From: Myxococcales bacterium
GTDB taxonomy: Bacteria > Myxococcota_A > UBA9042
Length of the DNA stretch: 64,000 nt
Reading direction: 5' to 3'
Assembly (NCBI GenBank): GCA_009692465.1
Contig: SHZD01000004.1
Span: forward strand, 9,239-73,238
Shown here: positions 49,004 through 60,561 of the stretch, in pieces
Layout: every line of letters begins with the position of its first letter
How positions within the stretch are numbered: the first letter of the stretch is position 1
Notes under the pieces: model-generated
Seen by the model: only the letters and a program-made list of their open reading frames with translations
What the model was told of the DNA's origin: nothing
Database searches by the model: none
Program-made: the position numbers and the translations under genes

Positions 49004-50323
49004 ATGCAGGCACAGACACTGAAGGGCTTTAGAGATTTCTTGCCGACCGACATGGCGCCGCGTCAGGCGATGGTGCGCCGCATAGAGGTCGTGTTTGAGA
49101 CTCACGGCTTTTCGCCATTGCAAACGCCGGCTTTGGAGTATTTGGAGACACTGACCGGAAAATACGGCGATGAAGGCGATAAGCTCCTGTATCGCTTCAC
49201 CGATCACGGCGACCGCCAAGTGGCGTTGCGCTACGATCTGACGGTGCCATTGGCTCGCGTCGTCGCTCAACACCGGGCGCAGCTGCAACTGCCCTTTCGC
49301 CGTTACCAAATAGCGCCGGTGTGGCGGGCCGACAAGCCGCAACGCGGTCGCTATCGCGAGTTTGTGCAATGCGACGCCGATATTTGCGGAGCGGACAGCG
49401 CCCTGGCAGACGCCGAGGTGCTGGTTGCTGGCCTGAGCGTGTTGCGATCGCTGGGTGTTGAGCAGGCCCAAATGCACCTCAATCATCGGGATATTCTGTT
49501 TGGAATCTTGAGGTTATGCAATGTGCCGCACCACCCAGCGCAGATTGCCTGTATTCGGGCGATCGACAAGCTGGACAAACTAACGCCGGCCGCCGTGGTC
49601 GAAGAGATCGTGCAGCAGGCAGATCTGCCCGCCGACCAAGCGCAAGCGGTGGTGGCTGCGTTCGCCGCCGGGTGGCCGCTGAGCCACTGGCAACAGCAAG
49701 CGCTGGACGCCGCCGATCTGCCGATGCAAGCGGCGATCGAGCGCGTTGCCGCCGTCATCAACTTGGTGACCGCGGCAGGGCTGGACCGCTGGCTGGCTTT
49801 TGACTGTAGTATCGCACGTGGTCTGGATTATTACACAGGAATTATTTATGAAACCCGGTTGACCGACCCCAAAGTGGCCTCGATGGGCGCTGTGATGTCG
49901 GGTGGGCGCTACGACGGCTTGATCGGCCTGTTCGGCAAGGAGAAAATCCCCGCTGTCGGCATTTCGGTCGGTCTGGATCGGCTGTTTGCTGCGCTCTATG
50001 AACTGGGCTTGGTACGAACGGATTCTGCACAAGTGCCTATTTATGCGACAGTTCTTCAACCTGAGTTGGCTGGTGCGGTGTTGATTTTGGTTCAGGGACT
50101 TCGCGACCACGGCTGGCGAGCGGAAATCGACACGCTCGGAGGCAAGGTTGGCAAGCAATTCGAACGGGCGGCCAAGCGTGGCGCCCGATTGGCCTTGGTT
50201 TTAGGGCCAGACGAACAGGCGGCTGGTACGGTGGTGGTCAAAGATCTGCGCCAAAGCACTCAACAAAGTGTGGCCCAGACCCAGCTGGCGGCAGTCGTCG
50301 CGGCGATCTTGCGGCCGCAATGA
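49004..50323 (+). CDS. hisS: Histidine--tRNA ligase
   Basis: GFRDFLP...LRYDLTVPLAR...YQIAPVWRADKPQRGRYREF class II aaRS motifs, typical HisS length and C-terminal anticodon-binding domain. Confidence 0.9.
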   Translation: MQAQTLKGFRDFLPTDMAPRQAMVRRIEVVFETHGFSPLQTPALEYLETLTGKYGDEGDKLLYRFTDHGDRQVALRYDLTVPLARVVAQHRAQLQLPFRRYQIAPVWRADKPQRGRYREFVQCDADICGADSALADAEVLVAGLSVLRSLGVEQAQMHLNHRDILFGILRLCNVPHHPAQIACIRAIDKLDKLTPAAVVEEIVQQADLPADQAQAVVAAFAAGWPLSHWQQQALDAADLPMQAAIERVAAVINLVTAAGLDRWLAFDCSIARGLDYYTGIIYETRLTDPKVASMGAVMSGGRYDGLIGLFGKEKIPAVGISVGLDRLFAALYELGLVRTDSAQVPIYATVLQPELAGAVLILVQGLRDHGWRAEIDTLGGKVGKQFERAAKRGARLALVLGPDEQAAGTVVVKDLRQSTQQSVAQTQLAAVVAAILRPQ

Positions 50324-50386
50324 CTCCGGCAGCGGCACCTCTGGCTCAAACAGCGTCAGCCGGAGGCACATGAGGCATTGTTATCG

Positions 50387-52038
50387 TTAGCGAAAGCTAA
50401 TTGGCGGCGACGACGTAAACAACACGAACAAGTCGTTGTCGGTAAAGGTTAGACCCAGGCCCAAAAACAGGTCCGCGCGTACACCGGGGAAAAGCAGTTC
50501 GTCACCGCCGGCAAATGCGTAGACGTGGGGCACAAATGTCCACAGCAGACTCGCCCGCAACCGCGGCCGCTCGGAGTTTTGAAAACGAAATAAATCGGCT
50601 GAAATCAAGAGCTTATCGCGCACTACGCTCAAGTCGAGGCCACCGCCGGCGCTGTTCTCGATCAACCCGCCGCGCAACACTACTGCGCCGAATTTGCGCG
50701 CGTATTGCAGCCCGAAGCGCATGGCTGATTCAGCTTCAACAACCGTTTCCCGCAGCACCCCCGCATCGGTGCCACCGACCGAATCGGTGGTGCGCGAAAA
50801 CGTGCGCGTCACCGGCAAGTTGTTGGTCGTCAAAGTCAATAGCACATACTTGTCTTGGCTGGGCTGCAAGCGCAGCGCCAAATGCGACTGCCAGGCCAAC
50901 TGATTGGGGTCGCTGATGCGAACGGTGTGGGTAGCCAGCCGATAGTCGATGCCAATTTCCAAATCTGCGTAACGTTTGAACAAATTGCCAGCAGACCCCA
51001 TCAACTGCTCGGAGTTGCGCACCAGTGTTTCGTCGCGCAGCAAACGACCGACGGTGCCCTTGCCGGCATCGACATCGGCGGCAATGTTCTCGACGTGGCC
51101 CATGACCTTATCGACGCGGGCTAAGGCGTCCTGGACCTTCTTGAGGGCATTGGCGATGGTGCCGACCGTGTCGTCGACGCCAGTCTTATTGCGACCCACC
51201 AAATCGCGCACCTGTGTGGTCACGACTTCGATGTTTTCAATGCTGCGCACCACGCTCTTGCCGGCGTCGTCCATGGAACTCGATGTTCGGGTGATGATGG
51301 TGTCGAGTCTGCCGGTTAATTGGCTCAGTTTCTCAGCGGTATCGGCAAAACCGCGCAGTCCGCGATCGAGATCGCCACCCGGGGCCAGAACTCCTTGCGT
51401 CATCCGATCGCGCAGCGCACTGGTGGTCTTGGCCACGTCGTCGCTGGCAGACACCAAATTCATCGTGATCTTGGCAATTTGGTCAGCGCCGGTGTCGCTT
51501 CCGAGCACCAGCGCGGCGTTATGGGTAATTTTGGCCACATCAGTGGCAATTTGGTCGATCTTGGGCACGATGTCGGCGGCACGGTCCATCTTCTGTAGGG
51601 TTTGCTGCAAGGCCGTCGCCGTGATGACCAGCCCAATCTCCTCGCCGTCGGCCAGCACTTTGCCAGCCATGCCCGGCGCCAGTTCCAAGTAGTAGTCGCC
51701 AAGCAGCGAGGCTTGCAACCGCGTGAGCACCGCGCCATTGCGAATGGAGCGATCAGGGGCAGTAACGCCATGAAATACCTTTATTTTTCTCAGCAACCGC
51801 AAGCGCACTTCGACCCGTTGGCCGCGCAAGTCCAAGTCTGTCACTTCGCCGACGCGCACACCGGCAATCGTGACTTTGGTGCCGGGAGCGAGGCCGGTCA
51901 CGTCGTCGAAAAAGGCCCGCAGCATGTAGGTATCGGGACCGCCACCGATGCCGCGATTGGAAAACGCGACCCCGACCACAGTGGCGACGATCGCCAGCAG
52001 GGCGAACACGCCGACTGCCAACGCGGCGCGGGCATTCT

Positions 52039-52042
<4 letters not shown>
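50387..52042 (-). CDS. Mce/MlaD-domain protein with long helical C-terminal extension
   Basis: N-terminal TM (ALAVGVFALLAIVATVVGVAF) followed by an MlaD/Mce domain (YMLRAFFDDVTGLAPGTKVTIAGVRVGEVTDLDL). Confidence 0.75.
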
Positions 52043-53070
<1,028 letters not shown>

Positions 53071-53149
53071 GCGGACTGCAGCGCAAACATACGGTTGCGC
53101 CGAAAGCGGGAACAGGCGCTCATCCCAAATTCACCACCAAAATCCTGCG

Positions 53150-53290
53150 CGGCCGCCGATTTGGATGCCAGTGCTCGCTCGCTCGCTGCCAGTGCTCGGT
53201 CGCTCGCTGCCAGTGCTCGGTCGCTCGCTGCCAGTGCTCGGTCGCTCGCTGCCAGTGCTCGGTCGCTCGCTGCCAGTGCTCGGTCGCTCG
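53150..53290. repeat. 21-bp tandem minisatellite (gctcgctgccagtgctcggtc x ~6) upstream of the sensor kinase gene
   Basis: Direct tandem repetition. Translated as (PVLGRSL)n in the ORF-track extension. Confidence 0.85.
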
Positions 53291-53458
53291 CTGGCGCTCG
53301 ACAAGGCGCAAGGAGCTGAACGATTGAGCCATAACTGCGTGCGGCGATTGAGAGAAGCGACCCAGCAACGCACAGATGCGCCCAAAGCGGTGGATCGCGC
53401 TCACGAGACAGGCTTGACAGTCGCTGCTGCCGCCCCCAGCATCCAAGTCTTTGCGGCA

Positions 53459-55354
53459 ATGAGTGGCCGCGATCCTAGCGCAATGGCCCAAGCTCGGCGT
53501 CTTAATCTGCGTGTGATGTCAGGCGATTTGCGTGGTCAGGTCTTTGCGGTGGACCATGAACTCGTAGTGGGCCGCGCTACGACCTGCACGGTATTTGTTC
53601 CCGACCGGCGGGCTTCGCGCGAACACTCGCGTTTTTTTATGGAAGACGGGCAGTTGATCGTGCAGGACTTGGGCAGCCACAACGGCACGTGGCTCAACAC
53701 CGAACGAATCGAGCGCGCGGTCCTCAAGCTAGGCGACGTCGTTCGCATCGGGGTGACCCAATTTGCCGTCGAGGCGATCCCGGAAGATTGCGCCGCGGTG
53801 CGGGTGGTGACCGACCTCAATCCGGTGCAGCCGTGGCTCGTCAAGCCGGTGGAGCCGATTTCTGGGCCGATCGATCTGGCCAAAATGACCGCGCAGGACG
53901 TGTTTGACTCTCTTGGAGTCGGCATGACGGAGCGGTTCGACGATTTGCCGGTGCTGCCGCTGCTGCGCAAGACCCGCAGCTTCGCAATGTTGGTCGAAGC
54001 CAGCAAAATCTTGCAGCGCTATGCCGACTTGCGCGAAACGCTGCCCGGACTGCTGGATTTGGTGTTGCAGGTGGTGCAAGGCGACCGTGCGGCCGTGATG
54101 TTGCTCGACGACAAGGGGCAACTGATTCCCAAGGTCGTGCAAAAACGAACAGACACCAAAGGTTCTGCCTCAGGTCGGAATACCCCGCCGATGTCGGCCA
54201 ATTCGCCGGGCATCGGTGAAGCGCTCACGCCTGCGCAGCCCGAGATGGTGCTGTCCAGAACTGTGGCCGACATGGTGCTCAAGCAGCGCTGCGCAGTGAT
54301 TACGGCCGATGCCTCTAGTGACGAGCGTTTTGCCTCGGCGGACTCGGTGATTCTGAGCCGAGTGCGCTCCCTTTTGGTGGTGCCGGTTTTGGTCTCCAAC
54401 CGCTTGCTTGGGCTCATCGAAGTCGAAAACCACCATAGTGTCAACGCATTCGATGAAAACGACTTGCACCTGTTGAGCGTGCTCGGCTCGATGCTCGGGG
54501 TGGCTCTCGATCACTTGGAAGTATCGCAAGCGCGGGAACGGGCCATTGTAGAACTGCGCGCCGCTCAAGAACAATTACTGGATACCCAACAGCAGCTGAT
54601 TGCCTCGGAGCGCATGGGCGCGATCGGGCGGCTGTCGAGCGGCATTGCCCACGAGGTCAAGAACCACCTGAGTCCGTTCATGCTCGCCGACATGATCGCG
54701 CAGAAATATCCAAAAGATCAGGAAATTCAAGAGGCTTCACATTTGATGCTGGAAGCGCAGCAGCGCATCTTGGGCTTGGTCGACGAGATCCGCACTTTTG
54801 CCAGCGGTTCGCGCGCCGAGATGACTATCGCGCCGGAGGACTTGGCGCAGGTGCTGGAACATGTGGTGCGATTCGTGCGCTGCGACCGCATTTTGCACAA
54901 CGCCGACGTCCGGGTGACCTTGCTCGATCGGCCGATTGTGCCGATGGATGGCGGCCGCATTCGGCAGGTGCTGCTCAATCTGATTCGCAACGCCGGCGAA
55001 GCCATCGAGCATCGCAAGAATGGCTATGTCGAGCTGGTCGTACGCATCGATTCCCGCACGGCAGTGGTCGAAGTCCGCGATAATGGTTCGGGGATTGCCG
55101 CAGACGTGCGCGACCGCGTCTTCGAGCCGTTTTTCACCACCAAGGGCGACAAGGGCCTGGGCTTAGGTTTGGATATTTCAAGGCAAATTGCCCGAGCTCA
55201 CGGCGGCGCTCTGACGTTTGACTCCGACGTCAACTTTGGCACGGTGTTTCGCTTGGCACTGCCGCTGATTCAGCAGAATTCGTATGTTGATCATGAGATT
55301 GACGATATGCTGACCGACCCGGGCGGCGGCCGCCTGGTCATGCTGAACCCTTGA
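53459..55354 (+). CDS. FHA-GAF sensor histidine kinase
   Basis: FHA domain (LVVGRATTCTVFVPDRRASREHSRFF...LGSHNGTWLN), GAF-like middle region, HisKA H-box (GIAHEVKNHL), HATPase (DNGSGI...GLGLGLDISRQIARAHGG). Start chosen downstream of the repeat array. Confidence 0.8.
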   Translation: MSGRDPSAMAQARRLNLRVMSGDLRGQVFAVDHELVVGRATTCTVFVPDRRASREHSRFFMEDGQLIVQDLGSHNGTWLNTERIERAVLKLGDVVRIGVTQFAVEAIPEDCAAVRVVTDLNPVQPWLVKPVEPISGPIDLAKMTAQDVFDSLGVGMTERFDDLPVLPLLRKTRSFAMLVEASKILQRYADLRETLPGLLDLVLQVVQGDRAAVMLLDDKGQLIPKVVQKRTDTKGSASGRNTPPMSANSPGIGEALTPAQPEMVLSRTVADMVLKQRCAVITADASSDERFASADSVILSRVRSLLVVPVLVSNRLLGLIEVENHHSVNAFDENDLHLLSVLGSMLGVALDHLEVSQARERAIVELRAAQEQLLDTQQQLIASERMGAIGRLSSGIAHEVKNHLSPFMLADMIAQKYPKDQEIQEASHLMLEAQQRILGLVDEIRTFASGSRAEMTIAPEDLAQVLEHVVRFVRCDRILHNADVRVTLLDRPIVPMDGGRIRQVLLNLIRNAGEAIEHRKNGYVELVVRIDSRTAVVEVRDNGSGIAADVRDRVFEPFFTTKGDKGLGLGLDISRQIARAHGGALTFDSDVNFGTVFRLALPLIQQNSYVDHEIDDMLTDPGGGRLVMLNP

Positions 55355-56403
55355 GCCGCGCCGACCCGCCGGTTGCGCTGAGTACAAATTCTAGTGCGCT
55401 GAGTACAAATTCTAGTGCGCTGAGTACAAATTCTAGGCGGCTGGGTGGCCATCGAGTCGGCAACGCCGTCCGCTTGGAGCGCATCGTCGTCGTCAAGAAA
55501 TCAAGCGCGATTGAGCAGTTACAGCAGCACCCCGACCAAAAGATGCAGCAAGCTTTGCAGGACGGCCAGCCTGTCGGCCACCGGGTAGCCGTTGCCCACC
55601 GCGAGCATGTCGCCAGCCTGCTGCAGGTGCAAAAGACCCTCGATGAGCTCGGTGTGCGCTGGCGGTTGGTGTCGCAGCTGAACCGGCGGCTGGCGGCGTG
55701 GGCCGACCTGATTATTACGGTCGGTGGCGACGGTACCTTCTTGTCCGCGTCGCACAGCATCGAAGCGACAGGGATCAGCGACGGACCGCCGATGCTTGGC
55801 GTCAACAGCGCGGTCAGTTCGTCGATCGGCTATTTTTGCGCCAGTGACGCCAGTGGTTTGGCAGCGGTCTTGGACGCGCTGGCGGCAGGGCGCCTGACGA
55901 GCCGGCCACTGTGGCGGATGGAGGTGGCGATTAATGGCGTTTCTCTACGCGATTTGGCGCTCAATGACGTCTTGTTGGCCCACAAAGTACCTGCCGAAAC
56001 GACTCGCTACGCCGTCGAAATTGGCGGGGTCAGTCAAGATCACAAGTCGTCTGGGATTTGGGTCGCCACGGCCGCCGGCTCAACTGCGGCAATTCGCTCG
56101 GCTGGCGGCGCGGTTTTGCCCATTGAGAGTCCACTTTTGCAGTATCGAGTGCGCGAGTTAATGACTTGGGCAGTGCGCGGCGAACCCTTGGTCGGTGGCA
56201 CTTTTGATGGCACCTTGGCGATCACGTCGCGCATGCTGACTGGCGCGCTGTACATCGACGGCAGCCACCTCAAAGTCAGATTTGGCTACGGGGACCGCAT
56301 TTCATTTGCCCCTGCGCCACGGCCGCTCGGCTGGATTGCTCCGCCTAGTTTTGACCAACGGCGGGCGACGATTGTGCAGGGTAGCGCGGCAGTTCCGGCC
56401 TAA
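55351..56403 (+). CDS. nadK: NAD(+) kinase (true start probably ~55470, after the 21-bp repeats)
   Basis: GGDGTFL, NDVLL and DGxxxxTxxGSTAYS-like (AAGSTAAIRSAGG) motifs. The predicted N-terminus STNSSALSTNSSAL is repeat-encoded. Confidence 0.8.
   Translation: MSRADPPVALSTNSSALSTNSSALSTNSRRLGGHRVGNAVRLERIVVVKKSSAIEQLQQHPDQKMQQALQDGQPVGHRVAVAHREHVASLLQVQKTLDELGVRWRLVSQLNRRLAAWADLIITVGGDGTFLSASHSIEATGISDGPPMLGVNSAVSSSIGYFCASDASGLAAVLDALAAGRLTSRPLWRMEVAINGVSLRDLALNDVLLAHKVPAETTRYAVEIGGVSQDHKSSGIWVATAAGSTAAIRSAGGAVLPIESPLLQYRVRELMTWAVRGEPLVGGTFDGTLAITSRMLTGALYIDGSHLKVRFGYGDRISFAPAPRPLGWIAPPSFDQRRATIVQGSAAVPA
55370..55440. repeat. 21-bp tandem repeat (gctgagtacaaattctagtgc x 3) between the kinase stop and the nadK core
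   Basis: Direct tandem repetition. Confidence 0.8.
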
Positions 56404-56407
56404 TTGG

Positions 56408-57280
56408 CTAATTGACAGTCGAACTACTCGGATCCGCGAGCACCGGTGCAAGCTGAGCGACTGGTCCCGGGACCTGCAGGGCAAACCCAAAGCGCCGCAG
56501 CCGCACCGCCGCCAACCCCGGTCGCGATAGGTGCCCGCGCGCACACTCGTCGCGGTAGACAACGGCGACGGCGGGCCGCGATTGCCCGGGCTGCAGGTAC
56601 TCGCCCGATTGCCATGCTGTGATCAGTGGGGCCAATTCCGCTTCACTGACGCGCGCAATCTGGGTTCGCCGCAGGTAGCGCTGGCAGCGCGGACACCTCG
56701 GCTCCACCGCCAGCCGCAGTAGCGCCCGCCACACCAGCAGTGCCACGATCGCGACGCGCACGCCTATCGCCGCCGCGAGCGCCGCCCACCCGAGCGGCAA
56801 CACCCGCTGCACCCCAAGTGTGCGCTGGACCACAATTCCAGCCTTGTTTTGGGCCAGCCATGCGCCGACAAGGCCGCTGTCGCCGGTTTCCGCGCGCAAG
56901 CCAAGGTCGACAAGAAGTTCGGCAGAATCCACCTGGGCAACGGCCATATCCTGAGCTAATTGAATGGGTTGGCTTTGAAGCCACCGGATCTGCTCTTGGC
57001 GAAAAGCCCACGCGTCGGTCGTCTCGTGGACGGCGAGCCATCCTGCAGCCGCTGTCACCGCCACCAGTAGCGACAACCGGTTGGGACGCAGCGCTTGCAG
57101 ATGACACAAAGCTACCGCGACCGAACCCAGCAACAAGGCCGCCGCTACCTCATACAAACCTGCAATTAGGATGATGCGGCTGGCCAGCGCACTAGCTACA
57201 CCGAACACCGCGGCAACTGCGCCAAGCAATCCGGCGGTCAACAACCAGCGGAGCGCGTTCGCAGTCAAATTTGACGACAA
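56408..57280 (-). CDS. Integral membrane protein with C-terminal CPRC zinc-ribbon-like motif, unknown function
   Basis: Four predicted TM helices. CPRCQRY...CARGH near the C-terminus. Confidence 0.45.
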   Translation of the reverse strand: MSSNLTANALRWLLTAGLLGAVAAVFGVASALASRIILIAGLYEVAAALLLGSVAVALCHLQALRPNRLSLLVAVTAAAGWLAVHETTDAWAFRQEQIRWLQSQPIQLAQDMAVAQVDSAELLVDLGLRAETGDSGLVGAWLAQNKAGIVVQRTLGVQRVLPLGWAALAAAIGVRVAIVALLVWRALLRLAVEPRCPRCQRYLRRTQIARVSEAELAPLITAWQSGEYLQPGQSRPAVAVVYRDECARGHLSRPGLAAVRLRRFGFALQVPGPVAQLAPVLADPSSSTVN

Positions 57281-57313
57281 TGCGGCGAGCGAGCGCCCAC
57301 AACGGCTACGCTG

Positions 57314-58430
57314 CTACTTCTCGGCTTTGTACAAATTGGCCGCGCCCAAGGTCAGGTCAATAAATTCAACGACCTTATCGGTGGTGGCTGGAATCTGCCA
57401 ACAGGTCACACCGCAAACGCCGTCATGAACCCGAACGTCGACTGGATCGAACACCCGCAATTGAAAACCAATATCGCCCGACAGCAGTTCTTCGGCAGAC
57501 GCCCCAGTCGACAATCGCAGCTTGTAGCCTTCGGGAAGGCGCGAATCTTCAACCTCTGGCGCCTCTAGATCGGGCAAGTCCAAACCAGTAGGCGGCGCAA
57601 CCGGCCCAAAACGAACTACGGTGGCAGGGTTGATTTTAGACAGCACAATGACGCGCATGAAGCGATCGCCTTGACCGGCCTCGGGCGGGCTAGACTCCAT
57701 TTTGATGGAGTAGTCTTTATAAGTGCCGGTCGCCACTGTCGATTGCTGACCCTGCACCACGGTCAGGCCCAATTTCTTAGCAGCAACCGCTACCGTGTCG
57801 GCGCGCCGACGCGTGGACCGGTAGGAGAACAGCACAGCAACGCCTAGCAGAGCCACCAGTACGGCGATAATGGCCGCCTTGACCGGGTTAAACTCTTCGG
57901 GCGTCGGGGTGAACTGAATGCAGTTGTCGATTTCGTCGGCGCCATGGCCTTCGCCGGCCTTGGCCATACAGGCCTGCACGGTAGACGCCGGTTTAGTCAA
58001 GTATTCCTTGATCTTGGCGTCGTGCATTGCCTTCTTTTTTTCAACAAAGATGGCCTGAAATTCTGCGCTTTTCCGCAGCGGCTCGGCGTCGTCATACAGA
58101 GCGTCGGCGTCTTTGCCTTCGGCGATCGCTTTGCGCTTCTTGGCTTGCTGAAACCGCGACAGGACTTCATTTTCTTCGCGATCGGAGCGCAACCCGGCCA
58201 GCTTCTCGGCATCTTGAGGCGACGCAGTCTGCACTTCGGCGCAGCCGACCATGCCGAAACTGAGCCCCACTAACGCGAAGCCAAATAGAGACCACGATGC
58301 CATCACTGTGGCCAAACGGGTCTGCAGCGCGAACAAGCGCTGGCTCAGGTGGCCGGACGAGCCCAGACCGCGCATGGCAAGCACGCCCGAGGCTGGCGAA
58401 TTCGGCTGCTGAAGTGGTGCGAGCATCATA
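57314..58430 (-). CDS. Membrane-anchored protein, unknown function (N-terminal 180 aa of the listed ORF are repeat-encoded)
   Basis: Start placed at MMLAPLQQ; signal/lipobox-like MASWSLFGFALVGLSFGMVGC. Second TM AAIIAVLVALLGVAVLF. The upstream 22-bp repeats translate as LWPVPACAVASPCLR x n. Confidence 0.45.
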
Positions 58431-58689
58431 TGGTCATCTCCTGAAGGTCGGTACGACCCTACCACGGGACACAAGATCGCGCAATCCAAAGGGCAGTCTG
58501 TCCCTAACATTACGAATACGCTACTATGTTTCGATGCGATTTCGGCGGCATGCTCGCCAGGTGTCGACCACACCTGCAGCGCGGGGTTCGCAGCGTTCGG
58601 TTCGCAGGGCGCGGTTCGCGCTGAATGCCCTTGCCTGTGCAGTCTGGTTGCGGTCGGTGGCGACGCGGGCCTCGGGGGCGGGCTGTGAT

Positions 58690-58860
58690 TTGGCTGCGCG
58701 CGAGCAGGGACTGGCCACGGCGCAAGCAGGGACTGGCCACGGCGCAAGCAGGGACTGGCCACAGCGCAAGCAGGGACTGGCCACAGCGCAAGCAGGGACT
58801 GGCCACAGCGCAAGCAGGGACTGGCCACGGCGCAAGCAGGGACTGGCCACAGCGCGGTCC
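58690..58860. repeat. 22-bp tandem minisatellite (rgcgcaagcagggactggccac x ~7)
   Basis: Direct tandem repetition. Confidence 0.85.
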
Positions 58861-59011
58861 AGGATTCCCCATCGAAATTCTCCGCGGCCCCCGATTTGGG
58901 ATGCAGATCAAGAAGCAAGGAGCATTTCGACTGAGGCGTACTCGCGTACGCCGCAAGGACAAAGGCGACGCCGCAACGCAGAGATGCGCCCAAAGCGGGG
59001 GATCGCGGCGG

Positions 59012-60076
59012 TCAGGCTGCGGTGGCGGCATGTACCGCCAACTGCTCGTAAAGGGCGCGCTGCTCAGCACTGAGCTTCTTGGGCACCACCACCCGCACGT
59101 GGGCAAACTGGTCACCGCGACTCGAACTGTTCAAGTGCGGGACACCACGACCGCGAATGCGCAATTGTTCGCCCGGCTGGATGCCCGCCGGAAGCTTGAT
59201 TTTTTCCACGCCACCGTCAATCAGCGCAATGGCGACGAGGCCGCCCAGCACGGCGGACACCACATCCACATCAATGTCGCAGTGCAAGTCGTCGTCAATG
59301 CGACGAAACTTGCTGTGCGGCTGCACGTGGATGACGACGTACAGGTCGCCCGAGGCACTACCCGGGACAGCGCCCTTTTCGCCTTCGCCGCCGACCCGTA
59401 ACCGTGTGCCGGTATCGACTCCGGGCGGGATCTTGACGCCCACTTTTTTCTCGACGCGCCGTTGGCCACCGCCGCCGCAAGTGCCACAGCGATTAGAAGG
59501 CTTGAGCGTCTTGCCCTGCCCGCCGCATCCGGGACAAGTCACTGAAAACATAAATGGACCCTGGCGAGTCGACACTTGACCGCGGCCCCGACATTGACCG
59601 CAGGTATCGGCGTCGGTGCCGGCTTTGGCGCCACTACCGTGGCAGGTGTCGCACGCCTCCATTCGCGGCAAGTCGAGCTCGCGGCGCACGCCAGCCACGG
59701 CGTCTTCCAGCGTGATTTCAATATCGCAGCGCAAGTCGGCGCCGCGGTTGCTGCGGGCCCGTTGACGACCGCCGCCGCCAAAAATGTCGCCAAAAATGTC
59801 GCCAAAATGGCTAAACATATCATCCATGTTGCCGTAGTTGGCCGCACCACCGCCGGTCATGCCGGCGTGACCAAAGCGGTCGTAGCGCTGGCGCTTTTCG
59901 GCATCCGACAGGGCATCGTAGGCTTCGGCGGCGTCCTTGAAACGCTCCTCTGCCGCGGCATCGCCGGGATTGCGGTCGGGGTGGTTTTGCAACGCTTGTT
60001 GGCGAAACGCTTTCTTGAGATCGGCGTCCGTAGCGTCCTTGGCGACGCCGAGCACCTCGTAATAATCGCGTTTTGC
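59012..60076 (-). CDS. dnaJ: Molecular chaperone DnaJ
   Basis: MAKRDYYEVLGVAKDATDADLKKAFRQQALQNHPDRN J-domain with HPD. Gly/Phe-rich region. Four CxxCxGxG zinc-finger repeats. The listed N-terminus MTYSGTVPNKVFS is encoded by the family B repeat. Confidence 0.9.
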   Translation of the reverse strand, partial: AKRDYYEVLGVAKDATDADLKKAFRQQALQNHPDRNPGDAAAEERFKDAAEAYDALSDAEKRQRYDRFGHAGMTGGGAANYGNMDDMFSHFGDIFGDIFGGGGRQRARSNRGADLRCDIEITLEDAVAGVRRELDLPRMEACDTCHGSGAKAGTDADTCGQCRGRGQVSTRQGPFMFSVTCPGCGGQGKTLKPSNRCGTCGGGGQRRVEKKVGVKIPPGVDTGTRLRVGGEGEKGAVPGSASGDLYVVIHVQPHSKFRRIDDDLHCDIDVDVVSAVLGGLVAIALIDGGVEKIKLPAGIQPGEQLRIRGRGVPHLNSSSRGDQFAHVRVVVPKKLSAEQRALYEQLAVHAATAA

Positions 60077-60092
60077 CATAGAAAATACCTTG

Positions 60093-60240
60093 TTAGGAAC
60101 TGTCCCAGAATAAGTCATTCTGGGACTGGTTCCGTTTGCTTGCTTTGTTGGTCGCTAAGCTCGCGTCCTGAAAGGCCGACTCGCCGCTCCGGTGTTGCCC
60201 AGATCGATCGCGTTATCTTGAGGACAGTTCCTTAGGGCTC
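60093..60240. mobile_element. Family B repeat copy in the dnaJ 5' UTR, followed by a second degenerate copy at 60245-60330
   Basis: ggaactgtcccagaataagtcattctgggactggttcc...ggtcgctaagctcgcgtc...ggacagttcc. Begins 17 nt upstream of the dnaJ ATG. Confidence 0.8.
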
Positions 60241-60561
60241 ACCTATGAATTGTTCATTCACCCAAGCCGTCTGCTTATTGACCGGGTGGGTCGCGCACTC
60301 GCGTCGGTGCAGGCCGACTCGCCGCCTTGCTCGAGAGCAAAAAGATCGAGTTTTTACGGTGCTTGCGAGTGAAGCGCGACGGCTGGCGATGGGCACGCGC
60401 CAAAAATGCGCGCGCACGGCCCCGAGCGAACCGCGCCAAAAGCAAGGTTGGATGAGCCGTATGTCAAGTGGTGCGGCGAACCGCGATCTCCCGCACGCTT
60501 TTTGACCCCCAGAGCACGCGGACGGAACCGGGCTCAGATTGGCCAATTCTGGTGCAATTGA

